Shown: positions 31,890 through 42,929, counted from the first letter of the stretch. The stretch is DNA of 64,000 nucleotides from an uncultured Chloroflexia bacterium (GCA_963766735.1 CAVYBU010000007.1:64001-128000); one strand, 5' to 3'. Numbers and translations: made by a program. The notes: generated from the letters alone by a model not told the origin.

Positions 31890-32657
31890 TCAGGCGGAGC
31901 CGGAACGACCATGGCGGGCGCGGAGGACGTCCAGAACCGCCCGGGGCTCCAGGTCCCGCTCGGCCAGGAGCACGAGCGCGTGGTAGAGGAGATCGCCGGC
32001 CTCTCCGGCGAGCTGGTCCCGGGTCACGATGCGACCGTGACCCGCCGCCTCCGCCGCCTGGTCGTTCTTCGCGGCCAGCAGGACCTCCGTCGCCTCCTCG
32101 GCGACCTTGCGCCCGGCGAGGTCCACGCCACCCTCGATCAGCTTCACCGTGTATGAGCCCGGGGTCCTGTGGGCCGATCGATCCGCGATCGTTGCCCAGA
32201 GGGACTCGAGCCAGGCAAAGCCCTGGGTGACATCGGGTTCCCGAGGCGTGGCACCGGCTTCCCGCGGGGTGGCTCCGCCTGCCCGTGACCCGTCAGCGTC
32301 GAAGCAGCTCCGCGTCTCCCGGTGACAGGTGGGGCCCGCGGGCTCCACGCCCAGCAGCAAGGCATCGCCGTCACAGTCGATCGCGAGGGACCTGAGCGCA
32401 AGCGTGTTGCCGGAGCTTTCGCCCTTGCGCCAGAGGCGGGCCCGGGAGCGGGAGTGGAAGTGCACCTCACCGGTCCCGAGCGTCGCGGCGAGGGCCTCCG
32501 TGTCGAGCCAGCCGACCATCAGCACCCGCCCGTCGGCGACATCCTGCACGACGCCTGCCACCAGGCCTGCCGGATCCCAGGCGACGCTGGCCGGATCAAG
32601 ACCCTCGCGGATCTCCACGGGTCCGGCCACGGACGCCTCACCCTTCGACCTGGTCAT
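31890..32657 (-). CDS. hisIE: Bifunctional PR-AMP cyclohydrolase / PR-ATP diphosphatase
   Basis: [46 protein letters not shown]. Confidence 0.95.
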   Translation of the reverse strand: MTRSKGEASVAGPVEIREGLDPASVAWDPAGLVAGVVQDVADGRVLMVGWLDTEALAATLGTGEVHFHSRSRARLWRKGESSGNTLALRSLAIDCDGDALLLGVEPAGPTCHRETRSCFDADGSRAGGATPREAGATPREPDVTQGFAWLESLWATIADRSAHRTPGSYTVKLIEGGVDLAGRKVAEEATEVLLAAKNDQAAEAAGHGRIVTRDQLAGEAGDLLYHALVLLAERDLEPRAVLDVLRARHGRSGSA

Positions 32658-33451
32658 GCCGCAACCTCCGAATCGATCGCGCGGACGCGATACCCCGCGG
32701 CCGCCATCGCCGTCTTGGCCGCCGCGATCGTGACCTCGCGCCGGTGGAAGATGCCGGCCGCCAGAACGGCGTCCGCGCCACCATCACGGATCGCCGCCAC
32801 GAAGTCGTCGGGCCCGGCGGCACCCCCGGAGGCGATGACCGGGACCTGCACCCGTGACGAGATCGCTCGCAGCAGCTCCGTGTCGAATCCCGACTTCGTG
32901 CCGTCCCGATCGATGCTGGTGACCAGGAGCTCGCCGGCCCCCAGCTCCACCGCCCGAACTGCCCATGCGACCGCGTCCAGGGTCACGGGCTGGCGCCCAC
33001 CCTGGACGACCACCTGGAATCCGGACGGAAGGACCTCGGTGCCCGATGCCACGCGGCGCGCATCGATGGCCACCACCACGGCCTGACTGCCGAACCGCGC
33101 CGCGCAGCGGGTGACGAGATCGGGGTCGGCCACCGCGCGTGTATTGAGGCCGACCTTGTCCGCCCCCGCCCGGAGCACGTCCCGCATGTCCTCCACGCTG
33201 CGGACGCCCCCTCCGACGGTGAGCGGGATGAACGCGCGTCGGGCAGTCCGCTCCACGATGTCCAGGAGCGTGCCGCGGCCCTCTGGGGCGGCCGAGATAT
33301 CCAGGAAGACGAGCTCGTCCGCACCCTCGCGGGCATAACGCTCCGCGAGCTCCGGCGGATCGCCCTCGTCGCGGAGGTCCACGAACCGGGTGCCCTTGAC
33401 GACACGTCCATCGGCGACGTCGAGGCACGGGATCACACGGCGGCACAGCAT
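32654..33451 (-). CDS. hisF: Imidazole glycerol phosphate synthase cyclase subunit
   Basis: [36 protein letters not shown]. Confidence 0.96.
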   Translation of the reverse strand: MLCRRVIPCLDVADGRVVKGTRFVDLRDEGDPPELAERYAREGADELVFLDISAAPEGRGTLLDIVERTARRAFIPLTVGGGVRSVEDMRDVLRAGADKVGLNTRAVADPDLVTRCAARFGSQAVVVAIDARRVASGTEVLPSGFQVVVQGGRQPVTLDAVAWAVRAVELGAGELLVTSIDRDGTKSGFDTELLRAISSRVQVPVIASGGAAGPDDFVAAIRDGGADAVLAAGIFHRREVTIAAAKTAMAAAGYRVRAIDSEVAA

Positions 33452-34086
33452 CAGGCTGCACGCGCCGAGTCGACGACGTTGGCGATCAGGCGCAGGCCGT
33501 TGTCGCCGGATCGCTCGGGGTGAAACTGGACGCCCAGCAGCCGCCCCAGCGAGATCGCCGACACGAAGGACCGGCCGTGCTCGGTCTCGGCGAGGATCGC
33601 CGCATCGCCGGTCTCGCCCGATGGGGCACCCACGTAGGTGTGGACGAAGTAGAACTCCGCGCCGGGGGCGATGCCGGCGAAGGCAGGGTGGTCCCGTCGC
33701 CGGTCCACCTGGTTCCAGCCGATGTGCGGCAGGGTCGGGGCATCCGCGAGCCGCACCGTCCGCCCCGGCAGAACCCCGAGAGTCTCGGCACCGTCCTCGT
33801 CGCTGCCGTCGAAGAGCAGCTGGAGGCCAAGACAGATCCCCAGGAAGGGGCGGTCCGCCGCGATCCACGCCTTGATCGGCTCGAGGAACCGGCCCTCCCG
33901 GAGCCGCTCCATCGCGGGCGCGGCCGCGCCCACACCCGGCACCACGAGCAGGTCTGCCGAGCCGATCTCGTCTGATGTGACCGCCCGGCGGACGTGTGCG
34001 CCGGCGGCGGTGAGCGCCTGTTCGATCGACACGAGATTGCCCGCGCCGTAGTCCACGACCACGACGTGGGTGCCGGCCGTGGTCAC
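33451..34086 (-). CDS. hisH: Imidazole glycerol phosphate synthase glutaminase subunit
   Basis: DYGAGN, PGVG, GICLGLQ, PHIGWN, QFHPE. Confidence 0.96.
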   Translation of the reverse strand: MTTAGTHVVVVDYGAGNLVSIEQALTAAGAHVRRAVTSDEIGSADLLVVPGVGAAAPAMERLREGRFLEPIKAWIAADRPFLGICLGLQLLFDGSDEDGAETLGVLPGRTVRLADAPTLPHIGWNQVDRRRDHPAFAGIAPGAEFYFVHTYVGAPSGETGDAAILAETEHGRSFVSAISLGRLLGVQFHPERSGDNGLRLIANVVDSARAA

Positions 34087-34709
34087 CCGAGCGAACCCTT
34101 GGTGGACGCGACACCCTCGCGCCGGGGATCTGGCTCGCAGGCGACGCGCAGGGCCCTGCCGAGCGCCTTGAAGGCGGCTTCGGCCAGGTGATGGTCGTTG
34201 CGCCCCGAGCCACTCACGTGGAGCGTGCCACCCGCGGTCCGGGCGAAGGACTCGAGGGCGTGGTCCACGAGCTGGAGGGGCAGCGCGCCGGCGCGCTCGC
34301 CACGGAACGGGAGGTCGATGACCGCGTATGGCCGCCCTCCGATGTCGATGACGGCGGTCGCGACCGATTCGTCCATGGGGACCGTGCTGTCCCCGAAGCG
34401 GCGGATGCCGGCGCGGTCGCCGAGCGCCTCGGAGAAGGCCGCACCAAGGACAAGGGCCACGTCCTCCACCGTGTGGTGCTCGTCAACGTCGAGGTCGCCC
34501 TTCGCCCGGACCTCCAGGTCGAACAGCCCGTGGTGGGCGAGGGACCCCAGCAGGTGATCGTAGAAGCCGATGCCCGTACCGATGTCGACGAGACCTGTGC
34601 CATCAAGGCCGAGCTCGATCGTGATGTCCGTCTCGCGCGTGGACCGGGTCACCCGGACGTGTCGTGCGCCGATGGCGGTGACGGCGAGGGAGCCGAGCGG
34701 CGTGGTCAT
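34083..34709 (-). CDS. hisB: Imidazoleglycerol-phosphate dehydratase
   Basis: [31 protein letters not shown]. Confidence 0.96.
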   Translation of the reverse strand: MTTPLGSLAVTAIGARHVRVTRSTRETDITIELGLDGTGLVDIGTGIGFYDHLLGSLAHHGLFDLEVRAKGDLDVDEHHTVEDVALVLGAAFSEALGDRAGIRRFGDSTVPMDESVATAVIDIGGRPYAVIDLPFRGERAGALPLQLVDHALESFARTAGGTLHVSGSGRNDHHLAEAAFKALGRALRVACEPDPRREGVASTKGSLG

Positions 34710-35851
34710 GCGGGTACCTCCACGGCCAGCTCGCGCGCAGCGGCGAGCAGCCGGTCGTTCTCGTGGGCGTCACGGACGGTGATCCGGAGACAGTGGGCGA
34801 GGGGATGGCCGACACCGAACGTACGCGGGACGAGGCCGCGGCGCATCAGGCCCTCTGCGGTGGCTGCTGCCCGTTCTGCGGTCCCGAGCTCCGCCAGGAG
34901 GAAGTTCGTCAACGACGGGTGCACCAGCCAGCCGGCGGACCCCAGGCCATCAGCCAGACGGGCGCGCTCCCGCTCCACCCGGGCGACGTTCTCGCGCATC
35001 TCCTCACCATCCCGGAGAGCGTGGGTGACCAGCGTCACCGAGATCGTGCCGATGGACCCCGGAGGCCGGTAGAGCGCGATCCGCTCAGCCGTCGCCGGGG
35101 CAGCGATCGCGAACCCCACCCGGAGCCCGGCGAGGGCGTAGGCCTTGGACGCCGTCCGGACGACCACCAGGTTCGGGTAGCGCGCCCGCAGTGGGATGGC
35201 GCTGTAGCCCGAGAACTCGGCGTAGGCCTCGTCGACGATGACGGTGGCCGGCCGACGACCCGCTCTCCGGGCGTCCTGCTCGATGCCGTCGAGAAGGGCC
35301 TCGATCGCGCCCTCGGGTTCGAGCAGGCCCGTTGGGTTGTTGGGGTTGCACAGCCAGACCATCCCGGCGGCACGGGCAGCGGCCCGAACCGCGGGGAGGT
35401 CCATGGTGAACCCGTGGTCGGGCCCGAGGCGCGCGACCGGGATCACCCTGCCGTCCCGCTGCTCGGTGACGACCCGGTACATCGCGTAGCTGGGGACGGG
35501 CACCACCGCTGCCTCTCCGGCCGCGAGGAAGGCCTTGACGCACATCTCCAGCACCTCATCGGCGCCGGCGCCCGGCACGACCTCATCGGTCCCGACCCCA
35601 TACCGTGTGGCTGCTGCCTGGACCAGCCTCCTGTAGTCGCCGGGCGGGTACTCCGAGAGCGACGTCTCGAACACGCCCGCGGCGAGCAGCTCTGTCGCGA
35701 GGCGCGGGGGCGTCGGCGAGGTGTTGAGGTCGAAGCGAACCACCTGGTCTATGGGCACGCCAAACCGCTCAGCGACGGCCTCGTCGGTTGCCTCCCAGCT
35801 GTAGGAGGCCGGCTGGGTCGGCGATGAAGACGTCACGGGGCTGGGGCTCAT
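34706..35851 (-). CDS. hisC: Histidinol-phosphate aminotransferase
   Basis: CNPNNPTG, VDEAYAEF, RTASKAYALAGLRVG; his operon context. Confidence 0.93.
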   Translation of the reverse strand: MSPSPVTSSSPTQPASYSWEATDEAVAERFGVPIDQVVRFDLNTSPTPPRLATELLAAGVFETSLSEYPPGDYRRLVQAAATRYGVGTDEVVPGAGADEVLEMCVKAFLAAGEAAVVPVPSYAMYRVVTEQRDGRVIPVARLGPDHGFTMDLPAVRAAARAAGMVWLCNPNNPTGLLEPEGAIEALLDGIEQDARRAGRRPATVIVDEAYAEFSGYSAIPLRARYPNLVVVRTASKAYALAGLRVGFAIAAPATAERIALYRPPGSIGTISVTLVTHALRDGEEMRENVARVERERARLADGLGSAGWLVHPSLTNFLLAELGTAERAAATAEGLMRRGLVPRTFGVGHPLAHCLRITVRDAHENDRLLAAARELAVEVPA

Positions 35852-37191
35852 CGGTCCTCCTCCACGACGCCAAGGCCTTCGAAACGCACCTCGACCGCAT
35901 CACGGTGGGCCAGCAGGCCCTCTGCCTCGGCCAGGGTCCGGATCGCCGGCCGCAACGCTGCCAGGCCTTCGCGGGTGATCCGCTGGACCTGGTTGAACTT
36001 GCCGAATGTCTCCACGGCCAGGGGACCGCAGCTCCGGGCGAGGCCTCCGGTCGGCAGGACGTGGTTCGCACCCGAGGCGTAGTCTCCGGCGCTCTCCGGG
36101 GACCAGCGACCGACGAAGATGGAACCCGCGTTTCGGATCGCCGCGACGGCGGCCTCGAGGTCCTCCACCTCGACCGACAGGTGCTCCGGCCCGTAGCCGT
36201 TGACGAACTCGATGCCGGCCGCCGTGTCCGGGACCAGGACGATCCGGCCGTGCTCGGCGAGTGCCCGACCGAGGATCTCCCGGCGGGCGGCGACCGCGAG
36301 ACGACGTCGCACCTCGGCCTCCACGGCATCGGCGAGCGCCTCGTCCGCGGTCACGAGCAGGGCAGGGGAGTCAACGCCGTGCTCTGCCTGCGTGATGAGG
36401 TCGGCGGCGATCGTCACGACGTCGGCCGTTCCGTCGGCGAGGACGAGACCCTCCGACGGCCCAGCCGGCAGGTCGATCCCCACCTCGCCCGCGACCTCGA
36501 TCTTGGCCGCCGTGACCCAGGCATTCCCGGGGCCGACGATGCGGTCCACTGGTTCCAGCCCCTCGTCCGCGAGCCCGTACGCGAGAGCCCCCACCGCCTG
36601 GGCTCCGCCGGCGACCAGCAGGGCATCGACGCCCAGCAGGCCGGCTGCACCCATGAGGACCGGGTGGACCTCCCCGCCGCGGTCGGCCGGCGAGGCGACG
36701 ACGACGACGCCGACCCCAGCGACACGGGCGGGCGCGACCGTCATGACGAGGGACGAGGGGTACGGGGCAGAGCCTCCCGGCACATAGGCACCCACGCGGG
36801 ATACGGGCAGCCAGCGGCGTTCCAGCTCGACGCCCGGGATGATGGTCGTCCGCGTCGACGCGGGGCGCTGGGTCTCCGCGAAGCGCCGGACGTTGGTGAT
36901 GGCCGTCTCGAGCGCGTCCCGCTCCGCGGCAGGGAGGGCATCGGCGGCCACCAGGAGCTCCTCGCGCCCCAGGATCAGCCGGCCGTCGGGCCGTCCACCA
37001 CCGAATCGGGCGGATGCCTCGCGCACCGCGGTCGCGCCGCGGGCACGCACGTCGGCGAGGATCGTGCGTGCGGCCTCGCGTACTGCATGGTCGGGCACGG
37101 CGCCCCGGCGGAACAGCGCGTCCCGATCCGCCAGGGCAGCGGCATCCGGGTTCCTCAGGTCAAGACGTCGGAGGGTCAGCATGTCCTTCAC
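35848..37191 (-). CDS. hisD: Histidinol dehydrogenase
   Basis: GAYVPGG, GGAQAV, VGPGNAWV, IDLPAGPSE, QAEH, GDYASGANHVLPT. Confidence 0.96.
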   Translation of the reverse strand: MKDMLTLRRLDLRNPDAAALADRDALFRRGAVPDHAVREAARTILADVRARGATAVREASARFGGGRPDGRLILGREELLVAADALPAAERDALETAITNVRRFAETQRPASTRTTIIPGVELERRWLPVSRVGAYVPGGSAPYPSSLVMTVAPARVAGVGVVVVASPADRGGEVHPVLMGAAGLLGVDALLVAGGAQAVGALAYGLADEGLEPVDRIVGPGNAWVTAAKIEVAGEVGIDLPAGPSEGLVLADGTADVVTIAADLITQAEHGVDSPALLVTADEALADAVEAEVRRRLAVAARREILGRALAEHGRIVLVPDTAAGIEFVNGYGPEHLSVEVEDLEAAVAAIRNAGSIFVGRWSPESAGDYASGANHVLPTGGLARSCGPLAVETFGKFNQVQRITREGLAALRPAIRTLAEAEGLLAHRDAVEVRFEGLGVVEEDR

Positions 37192-38048
37192 GGGAGGATC
37201 TTCTCAATCGGGAGGACCAGGATCCCGGAGGCCCCGGCCGCCTTGAGGCGAGGCAGCAGGCCCCAGACTTCATCGGCGCCAACGACGGAGTGGATCGCGA
37301 TCATCCCTGCGTGTGCCAGGGGGATCACGGACGGCGACTCCAGCCCCGGCAGGAGCGCCTCGAGCTCTTCGAGCTTCGCCGCGGGCGCGTTCATCATCAG
37401 GTACTTCCGGCCGCGGGCGGCGATAACCGAGCCCAGCATCGTGACGATGCCCTCGATCTCCCCGGAGCGCTGGCGGATGGCTGCGGGGCTGCCCACGAGG
37501 ACCGCCTCCGACGCGAGGATGTCGCCGATCGCACGGAGGCCGTTCATCGCCAGGGTCGAGCCGGTCGAGACGAGGTCCACGATCGCGTCCGCGAGGCCGA
37601 GGCGCGGCGCGACCTCCACGGCACCCGAGAGGGAGATGACGTCCACCGCGATCCCCTGGTCGGCGAAGAAGCTGCGCGTGATGTTGGGATGCGAGGTGGC
37701 GATCCGGACGCCGCCGAGGTCGGTGATCGCCTCGTAGGGGGAGTCGGCCGACACCGCAGCAGCGAGCCGACAGCGCCCGTAGCCCAGGTTTCGCAGGACC
37801 TGCAGGTCGACACCGGACTCCGCGAGGATGTCGCCGCCGGTGATGCCGGCGTCGGCCACGCCGTCGTTCACGAATTCGATGACGTCCCCGGTTCGGACGA
37901 ACAGGATATCCAGCGGGTGGTTCTGGACACGGGCAACGAGGCTTCGGTCATGCTCCTCGAACATCAGGCCGGAGGCGTGGAGCAGGCTCATGGTGGGCTC
38001 GACGAGTCGGCCCTTGTTCGGGACTGCGAGACGCAGGCGCTCTCTCAC
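37188..38048 (-). CDS. hisG: ATP phosphoribosyltransferase (long form)
   Basis: LAVPNKGRL, SGAVEVAP, IVDLVSTGSTL, C-terminal regulatory domain PGLESPSV. Confidence 0.96.
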   Translation of the reverse strand: MRERLRLAVPNKGRLVEPTMSLLHASGLMFEEHDRSLVARVQNHPLDILFVRTGDVIEFVNDGVADAGITGGDILAESGVDLQVLRNLGYGRCRLAAAVSADSPYEAITDLGGVRIATSHPNITRSFFADQGIAVDVISLSGAVEVAPRLGLADAIVDLVSTGSTLAMNGLRAIGDILASEAVLVGSPAAIRQRSGEIEGIVTMLGSVIAARGRKYLMMNAPAAKLEELEALLPGLESPSVIPLAHAGMIAIHSVVGADEVWGLLPRLKAAGASGILVLPIEKILP

Positions 38049-38371
38049 CGCTCGGCTCCCGTGGGGTAGGGGGTGGTGCCGTCCGAGACTTCAAGGCGGT
38101 CCAGCATGCGGCGGTAGCCGCCCTCGCCGTGGTTGAGCCATGACGCGATGCGGGTGATGGTCGCGGTGCTCGCGCCCGTGCGCCGGGAGATCTCGGCGTA
38201 GTGCATGCCGGAGTTGAGGAGTCGAACCACGGCCCATCGCTGGGCCAGGTCGTGAAGCTCACCGAGGGTGCAGAGGTCACGCAGGAACCGGGTGGCATCG
38301 TCACGATCGTCGAGGCGCAGGATGGCATCGACGAGCGCTTCGGTCTCCGGGGTCCGCCAGTCGTCGGCCAT
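38045..38371 (-). CDS. TrpR-like YerC/YecD repressor (probable histidine regulator)
   Basis: FLRDLCTLGEL...QRW...YAEI...TGASTATITRI...GEGGY; first gene of the his operon. Confidence 0.9.
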   Translation of the reverse strand: MADDWRTPETEALVDAILRLDDRDDATRFLRDLCTLGELHDLAQRWAVVRLLNSGMHYAEISRRTGASTATITRIASWLNHGEGGYRRMLDRLEVSDGTTPYPTGAER

Positions 38372-38430
38372 GGGTCGGCTGTCCTTCCTGAAGCTGCGAG
38401 CCGCGCGTCATGTGCTCGCTTGCCGCCATG

Positions 38431-38458
38431 CTATCGTATTAGCGTGCTACTACGCTAG
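38431..38458. promoter_or_regulatory. Candidate operator for the TrpR-like repressor
   Basis: Imperfect palindrome CTATCGTATTAGCGTGCTACTACGCTAG (22 of 28 positions self-complementary) between the divergent repressor-his operon and hisA. Confidence 0.65.
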
Positions 38459-38471
38459 TCGAGGAGAGGCT

Positions 38472-39224
38472 GTGACCTCGTTCGAGCTCCTGCCGGCCAT
38501 CGACCTCCGTGAGGGCCGCGTCGTCCGTCTCAGTCAGGGTGACTTCACTCGTGAGACAGCCTATGCGGACGACGCCGTCCTGGTGGCGCGCTCCTTCGTG
38601 GACGCCGGGGCGACATGGCTCCACGTCGTGGATCTCGATGGCGCGAGGCTGGGTGAGCCGGCACAGCTGGACCTCGTTGCCACCATTGTCGCGGAGGTCG
38701 GGGAACGGGCGCAGGTCGAGGTTGGTGGCGGGCTCCGCACGCCCGAGGCCGTCGCCGAGGCGCTGGAGGCCGGCTGCACCCGGGTTGCGGTCGGGACCGC
38801 GGCACTCCGCGACCCGGCGTTCGCCTCATCGATCGTCGCCCGCCACGGCGCCTCACGGATCGTCGCCTCGATCGATGTGCGTGACGGTCTTGCCCTCGGC
38901 GAGGGCTGGAGGGAGGGCTCCGGGGGCGTTGTCGCAGCGGACGCCGTCGCGATGCTCTCGGCGGCCGGCATCAGGACCTTCGAGGTCACCGCGATCGACC
39001 GGGATGGACTCCTCGGCGGGCCGGACCTCGCCTTGCTGCGCTCGCTCGTGGCCCTCGGTCAGGGTCGGATCATCGCGTCCGGTGGCGTGTCCTCGCTCGA
39101 CGACGTCCTCGCCGCCCGGGCCGCTGGTTGCGCGGGCGCGATCGTCGGCCGGGCCATCTACGAAGGGCTCGTCGACCTCGCCGAGCTCATGCGCACGCTG
39201 GGGGACACGCCTGGCAGTGAGTGA
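38472..39224 (+). CDS. hisA: ProFAR isomerase
   Basis: LPAIDLREGRVVRL, HVVDLDGA, EVGGGLR, TAIDRDG, IASGG, GRAIY. Confidence 0.95.
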   Translation: MTSFELLPAIDLREGRVVRLSQGDFTRETAYADDAVLVARSFVDAGATWLHVVDLDGARLGEPAQLDLVATIVAEVGERAQVEVGGGLRTPEAVAEALEAGCTRVAVGTAALRDPAFASSIVARHGASRIVASIDVRDGLALGEGWREGSGGVVAADAVAMLSAAGIRTFEVTAIDRDGLLGGPDLALLRSLVALGQGRIIASGGVSSLDDVLAARAAGCAGAIVGRAIYEGLVDLAELMRTLGDTPGSE

Positions 39225-39264
39225 GCGAGGTCACCGCCCCTGGGGACGGTGGAACCGCCCGGGG

Positions 39265-41343
39265 TCAGTGGCCCTCAGCCTGCACCTTCTTGTGGGTCTC
39301 GATGATCTTCTCCGCGAGGTGGGCCGGCACGTCCTCGTAGTGGTCCAGCTCCGCGCTGAAGGTTCCCCGGCCCGCGGTGAGCGACCGGAGCTCCGTGGCA
39401 TACGAGAACAGCTCGGCCTGCGGAACGTGCGCGGAGATGACCTGCATGCCGTCGGCGGTGTCCATCCCCATGACCCGACCGCGTCGGCCGTTGAGGTCAC
39501 GGTTGACCTCTCCCATGTACTGCTCCGGGATGTTCACGTGGACGGTCATGATCGGCTCGAGGAGGACCGGCCGCGCCTGGAGAACCCCCTCCTTGAGGGC
39601 CATCGAAGCGGCGATCTTGAACGAGAGCTCGTTGCTGTCCACCGGGTGGAACGAGCCGTCGTAGAGCGTCGCCGTGAAGTCGATCAGCGGGAAGCCCGCC
39701 AGCACGCCTTCGGCGGCCGTCTCGCGGACTCCCTTCTCGATACCGGTGAAGAAGCCCCTGGGTACTGAGCCGCCCACCACCTTCTCGGCGAACTCGACGC
39801 CCGCCGCCGGGTTCGGCGCAAGCTCGATCCAGACATCGCCGAACATGCCGTGACCGCCGGTCTGCTTCTTGTAGCGGCCGTGGGCCTTGGTCGTGCCGCG
39901 GATCGTCTCGCGGTAGGGGACCGTGGGCGTCCTGGTGACGATCGCGGCGCCGAACTTGCGCTTCAGCCGCTCACAGATGACCGAGACGTGGGCCTCGCCG
40001 ATCGCCCGCAGGATCTGCTCGCCGGTCTCGCTGCGTTCCACGCGCGCGGTCGGCTCCTCCTCGAGCATCCGCTGGAGAGCAGGGCCCATCTTGTCCAGGT
40101 CGCCCTTGGACAGGGGATCGATGGCGACCTGGAGCATCGGGTTCGGGAAGGCGATCTCGGGCAGCCGCAGGGCGTGGTCACGAGACCCCAGCGTGTCGCC
40201 CGTCGCCGTGACGCTGAGCTTGGCAACCGCGCCGATCTCGCCAGCCCGGAGCTCCGCCGAGGGCTCCTGCTCCTTGCCGTGGAGGAAGAGGAGCTGGCCG
40301 ATGCGCTCGTCCTCGCCCTTGCTGACGTTGAACACGCCACCCTGGCTCTTGAGCGTGCCCGACAGGACCCGCAGGTAGGTCAGGCGCCCGACGTACGGGT
40401 CCGCGGCCGTCTTGAACACGCGAACCAGGAGCGGACCTTCGGCTGACGCTTCGATCGCGACGTCCTTGCCGGCCTTGTCCTGGGCGCCGTACGGGCCCTC
40501 CTCCTCGGGCGACGGGAGGTAGCGGACGATGGCGTCCAGCAGGGCGGCGAGGCCGATCCCTTTCGATGCAGATGCGACGAGAACCGGCGCCAGCACCGAC
40601 TCCCGGACGCCTTTGTGGAGGCACGCGTCCAGCTCGGCGTCGGAGATCTCCTCCTCGCCCAGGTACTTCTCGAAGACCGCGTCGTCCGCCTCTGCCGCTG
40701 CCTCGAGCAGCTGGTCCCGGCGCATGGCCACCTCGGCGGCCATCTCGTCGGGGACGGGGATCTCGACCTCGGTGCCGCCCTCGAACCGCCACGCCTTTCG
40801 ATGGACGAGGTCCACGTAGCCGGAGAAGGTGTCCGCCGCCCCGATGGCGAGGTGCAGCGGGGCCACCTTGTTGCCAAACTCGCGGCGGAGCTCGTCGAGG
40901 ACGCGCCCGGGATCGGCATTCTCGCGGTCGCACTTGTTGATCACGAAGCAGGCGGCCGTGTTCGTGGCTCGCCCGACCTTGACCGACTCCTCGAGGCCGG
41001 AGTCCACGCCGCCGGACGCGTCCACCACGTAGAGCGCCGCGTCGGCCGCGTGGAAGCCCTGGATCATCTCCGCCACGAAGTCCGGGTAGCCGGGGGTGTC
41101 CACGACCGTGATCTCGTGCTCGCCATGCTCGAACGTCCCGACCGCCAGGCTGAGCGAGCGGTGCTGCTTCTGCTCCTCGGGCTCGAAGTCGAGGTGTGCA
41201 GTCCCGTCATCGACCCTCCCCATCCGCGGGATCGCCCCGGCGCGGAAGAGCACCTGCTCGGCCAGCGTCGTCTTCCCGCTCCCGGCATGGCCGGCGAGCA
41301 CGACGCTTCGGATGTGGGTGAGATCGTGACTCTTCAACGTCAT
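39265..41343 (-). CDS. Elongation factor G-like protein (EF-G2 type)
   Basis: GHAGSGKTT, DTPGYPDF, NKCD, KKQTGGHG, LLEPIM; switch I reads HRSLSL instead of RGITI. Confidence 0.9.
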   Translation of the reverse strand: MTLKSHDLTHIRSVVLAGHAGSGKTTLAEQVLFRAGAIPRMGRVDDGTAHLDFEPEEQKQHRSLSLAVGTFEHGEHEITVVDTPGYPDFVAEMIQGFHAADAALYVVDASGGVDSGLEESVKVGRATNTAACFVINKCDRENADPGRVLDELRREFGNKVAPLHLAIGAADTFSGYVDLVHRKAWRFEGGTEVEIPVPDEMAAEVAMRRDQLLEAAAEADDAVFEKYLGEEEISDAELDACLHKGVRESVLAPVLVASASKGIGLAALLDAIVRYLPSPEEEGPYGAQDKAGKDVAIEASAEGPLLVRVFKTAADPYVGRLTYLRVLSGTLKSQGGVFNVSKGEDERIGQLLFLHGKEQEPSAELRAGEIGAVAKLSVTATGDTLGSRDHALRLPEIAFPNPMLQVAIDPLSKGDLDKMGPALQRMLEEEPTARVERSETGEQILRAIGEAHVSVICERLKRKFGAAIVTRTPTVPYRETIRGTTKAHGRYKKQTGGHGMFGDVWIELAPNPAAGVEFAEKVVGGSVPRGFFTGIEKGVRETAAEGVLAGFPLIDFTATLYDGSFHPVDSNELSFKIAASMALKEGVLQARPVLLEPIMTVHVNIPEQYMGEVNRDLNGRRGRVMGMDTADGMQVISAHVPQAELFSYATELRSLTAGRGTFSAELDHYEDVPAHLAEKIIETHKKVQAEGH

Positions 41344-41516
41344 CGCGCGCGGTTCCTCTCGGTATGCGGCCGCCCGGCCGGGTCCCCGGCTGCGGGCGGA
41401 ACGGTGGCGCAGGGTGGGCGGCTGGCGATGCGGACACCACCCGCGGGACGGCGGGAGGGCCTGGACGCCAGGGGACGGATCCGTTGTCCCGATGATAGTC
41501 GGTATACTCCCGACCG

Positions 41517-42266
41517 ATGTCAGGACATTCCAAATGGTCCACGATCAAGCGCCAGAAGGGCGTCAACGACTCGAAGCGCAGCGCCATGTTCACGAAGGTC
41601 GCGCGCGAGATCGCGGTCGCCGCGCGCGTCGGGGGCGGTGATCCCGACGCCAACTACCGCCTCCGCCTTGCGATGGACAAGGCCCGCTCGATCAACATGC
41701 CGGCCGACAACATCAAGCGGGCGATCGAGAAGGCAACGGGCGGCGGGGACGAGGTCGAGTACGAGGAGATCATCTACGAGGGCTACGGCCCGGGTGGCGT
41801 GGCGGTCCTCGTCGAGGCGGCGACCGACAATCGGAACCGCACCGCAGCCGAGGTCCGGTCCATCTTCGCGAAGACCGGCGGCCAGCTCGCCGGCAGCGGC
41901 GCCGTCGCCTGGCAGTTCGAGCCGCGGGGCCTCATCACCGTCGCGCGCGAGGGCGCGGACCCGGACGAAGTGGCCCTGGCTGCCATCGATGCAGGGGCCG
42001 CGGACGTGGACGCGGATGTGGACCCGATCGAGATCTACACCGAGCCCGGCGATCTCGAGGCGGTGCGCAAGGCGCTGGATGCCGCCGGCGTGAGCGTGGA
42101 GTCCGCAGAGCAGGCGATGCTCGCCAAGCAGACCGTGAGCCTGGACGCCGATCACGTGCGCAAGGCGATGCGGCTGGTGGAGCTGCTCGAGGACCTGGAC
42201 GACGTGCAGCGCGTGACGGCGAACGTGGACATCCCCGAGGAGCTCCTGGCCGAGATGGCCGGATGA
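41517..42266 (+). CDS. yebC: YebC/PmpR family protein
   Basis: MSGHSKWSTIKRQK, YEGYGPGG, TDNRNRT, LEDLDDVQ. Confidence 0.96.
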   Translation: MSGHSKWSTIKRQKGVNDSKRSAMFTKVAREIAVAARVGGGDPDANYRLRLAMDKARSINMPADNIKRAIEKATGGGDEVEYEEIIYEGYGPGGVAVLVEAATDNRNRTAAEVRSIFAKTGGQLAGSGAVAWQFEPRGLITVAREGADPDEVALAAIDAGAADVDADVDPIEIYTEPGDLEAVRKALDAAGVSVESAEQAMLAKQTVSLDADHVRKAMRLVELLEDLDDVQRVTANVDIPEELLAEMAG

Positions 42267-42913
42267 TCGTCCTGGGGATAGACCCGGGAACGGCAGCCCT
42301 CGGCTACGGGATCCTCGAACGGACCGGTGGGGTCCTGCGGGCGATCGACTACGGGTGCCTGACCACCACCGCGGACTGGTCGCTCCCGGATCGTCTGAAT
42401 GCCATCCACGCTCATGTCTCGGAGCTGATCGAGACCCACGCGCCCGACCTGGTGGCGGTGGAGCGGCTGTTCTTCAGCAAGAATGCCCAGACCGCGTTCG
42501 CGGTGGGCCAGGCCCGCGGCGTGGTCCTGCTCGCCGCTGCCCAGGCGGGCGTTCCCGTGCGCGAGGCCACGCCCAACGAGGTCAAGATGGCCGTCACGGG
42601 CTACGGCGCTGCCGACAAGGCGCAGGTGGGCCGGATGGTCGCCGTGATCCTCCAGCTGGCCGAGGTTCCGACACCGGACGACACGTCGGACGCGCTCGCG
42701 ATCGCGGTGTGCATCGCCAACGCGGAACGCACAGCCGACAGGCTCAACGGCGGCACGGGCGCCGGCAAGGCGTCGCTCCTGGACCGGTCGTCCGTCAACC
42801 CGATCGTGCGCGGCGAAACGCCGTACGAGCGTTCCGTACGCGAGGCGCTCGCCCGCGAGTCGGCGACCGCCGGCGCGTCCGCCGGCTCGTCCGCCACGCG
42901 CCGGAAGTCATGA
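42263..42913 (+). CDS. ruvC: Holliday junction resolvase
   Basis: LGIDPG, VERLFF, QARG, GYGAADK, DDTSDALAIA. Confidence 0.95.
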   Translation: MIVLGIDPGTAALGYGILERTGGVLRAIDYGCLTTTADWSLPDRLNAIHAHVSELIETHAPDLVAVERLFFSKNAQTAFAVGQARGVVLLAAAQAGVPVREATPNEVKMAVTGYGAADKAQVGRMVAVILQLAEVPTPDDTSDALAIAVCIANAERTADRLNGGTGAGKASLLDRSSVNPIVRGETPYERSVREALARESATAGASAGSSATRRKS

Positions 42914-42929
42914 CGCGGGGCGGCCGAGG

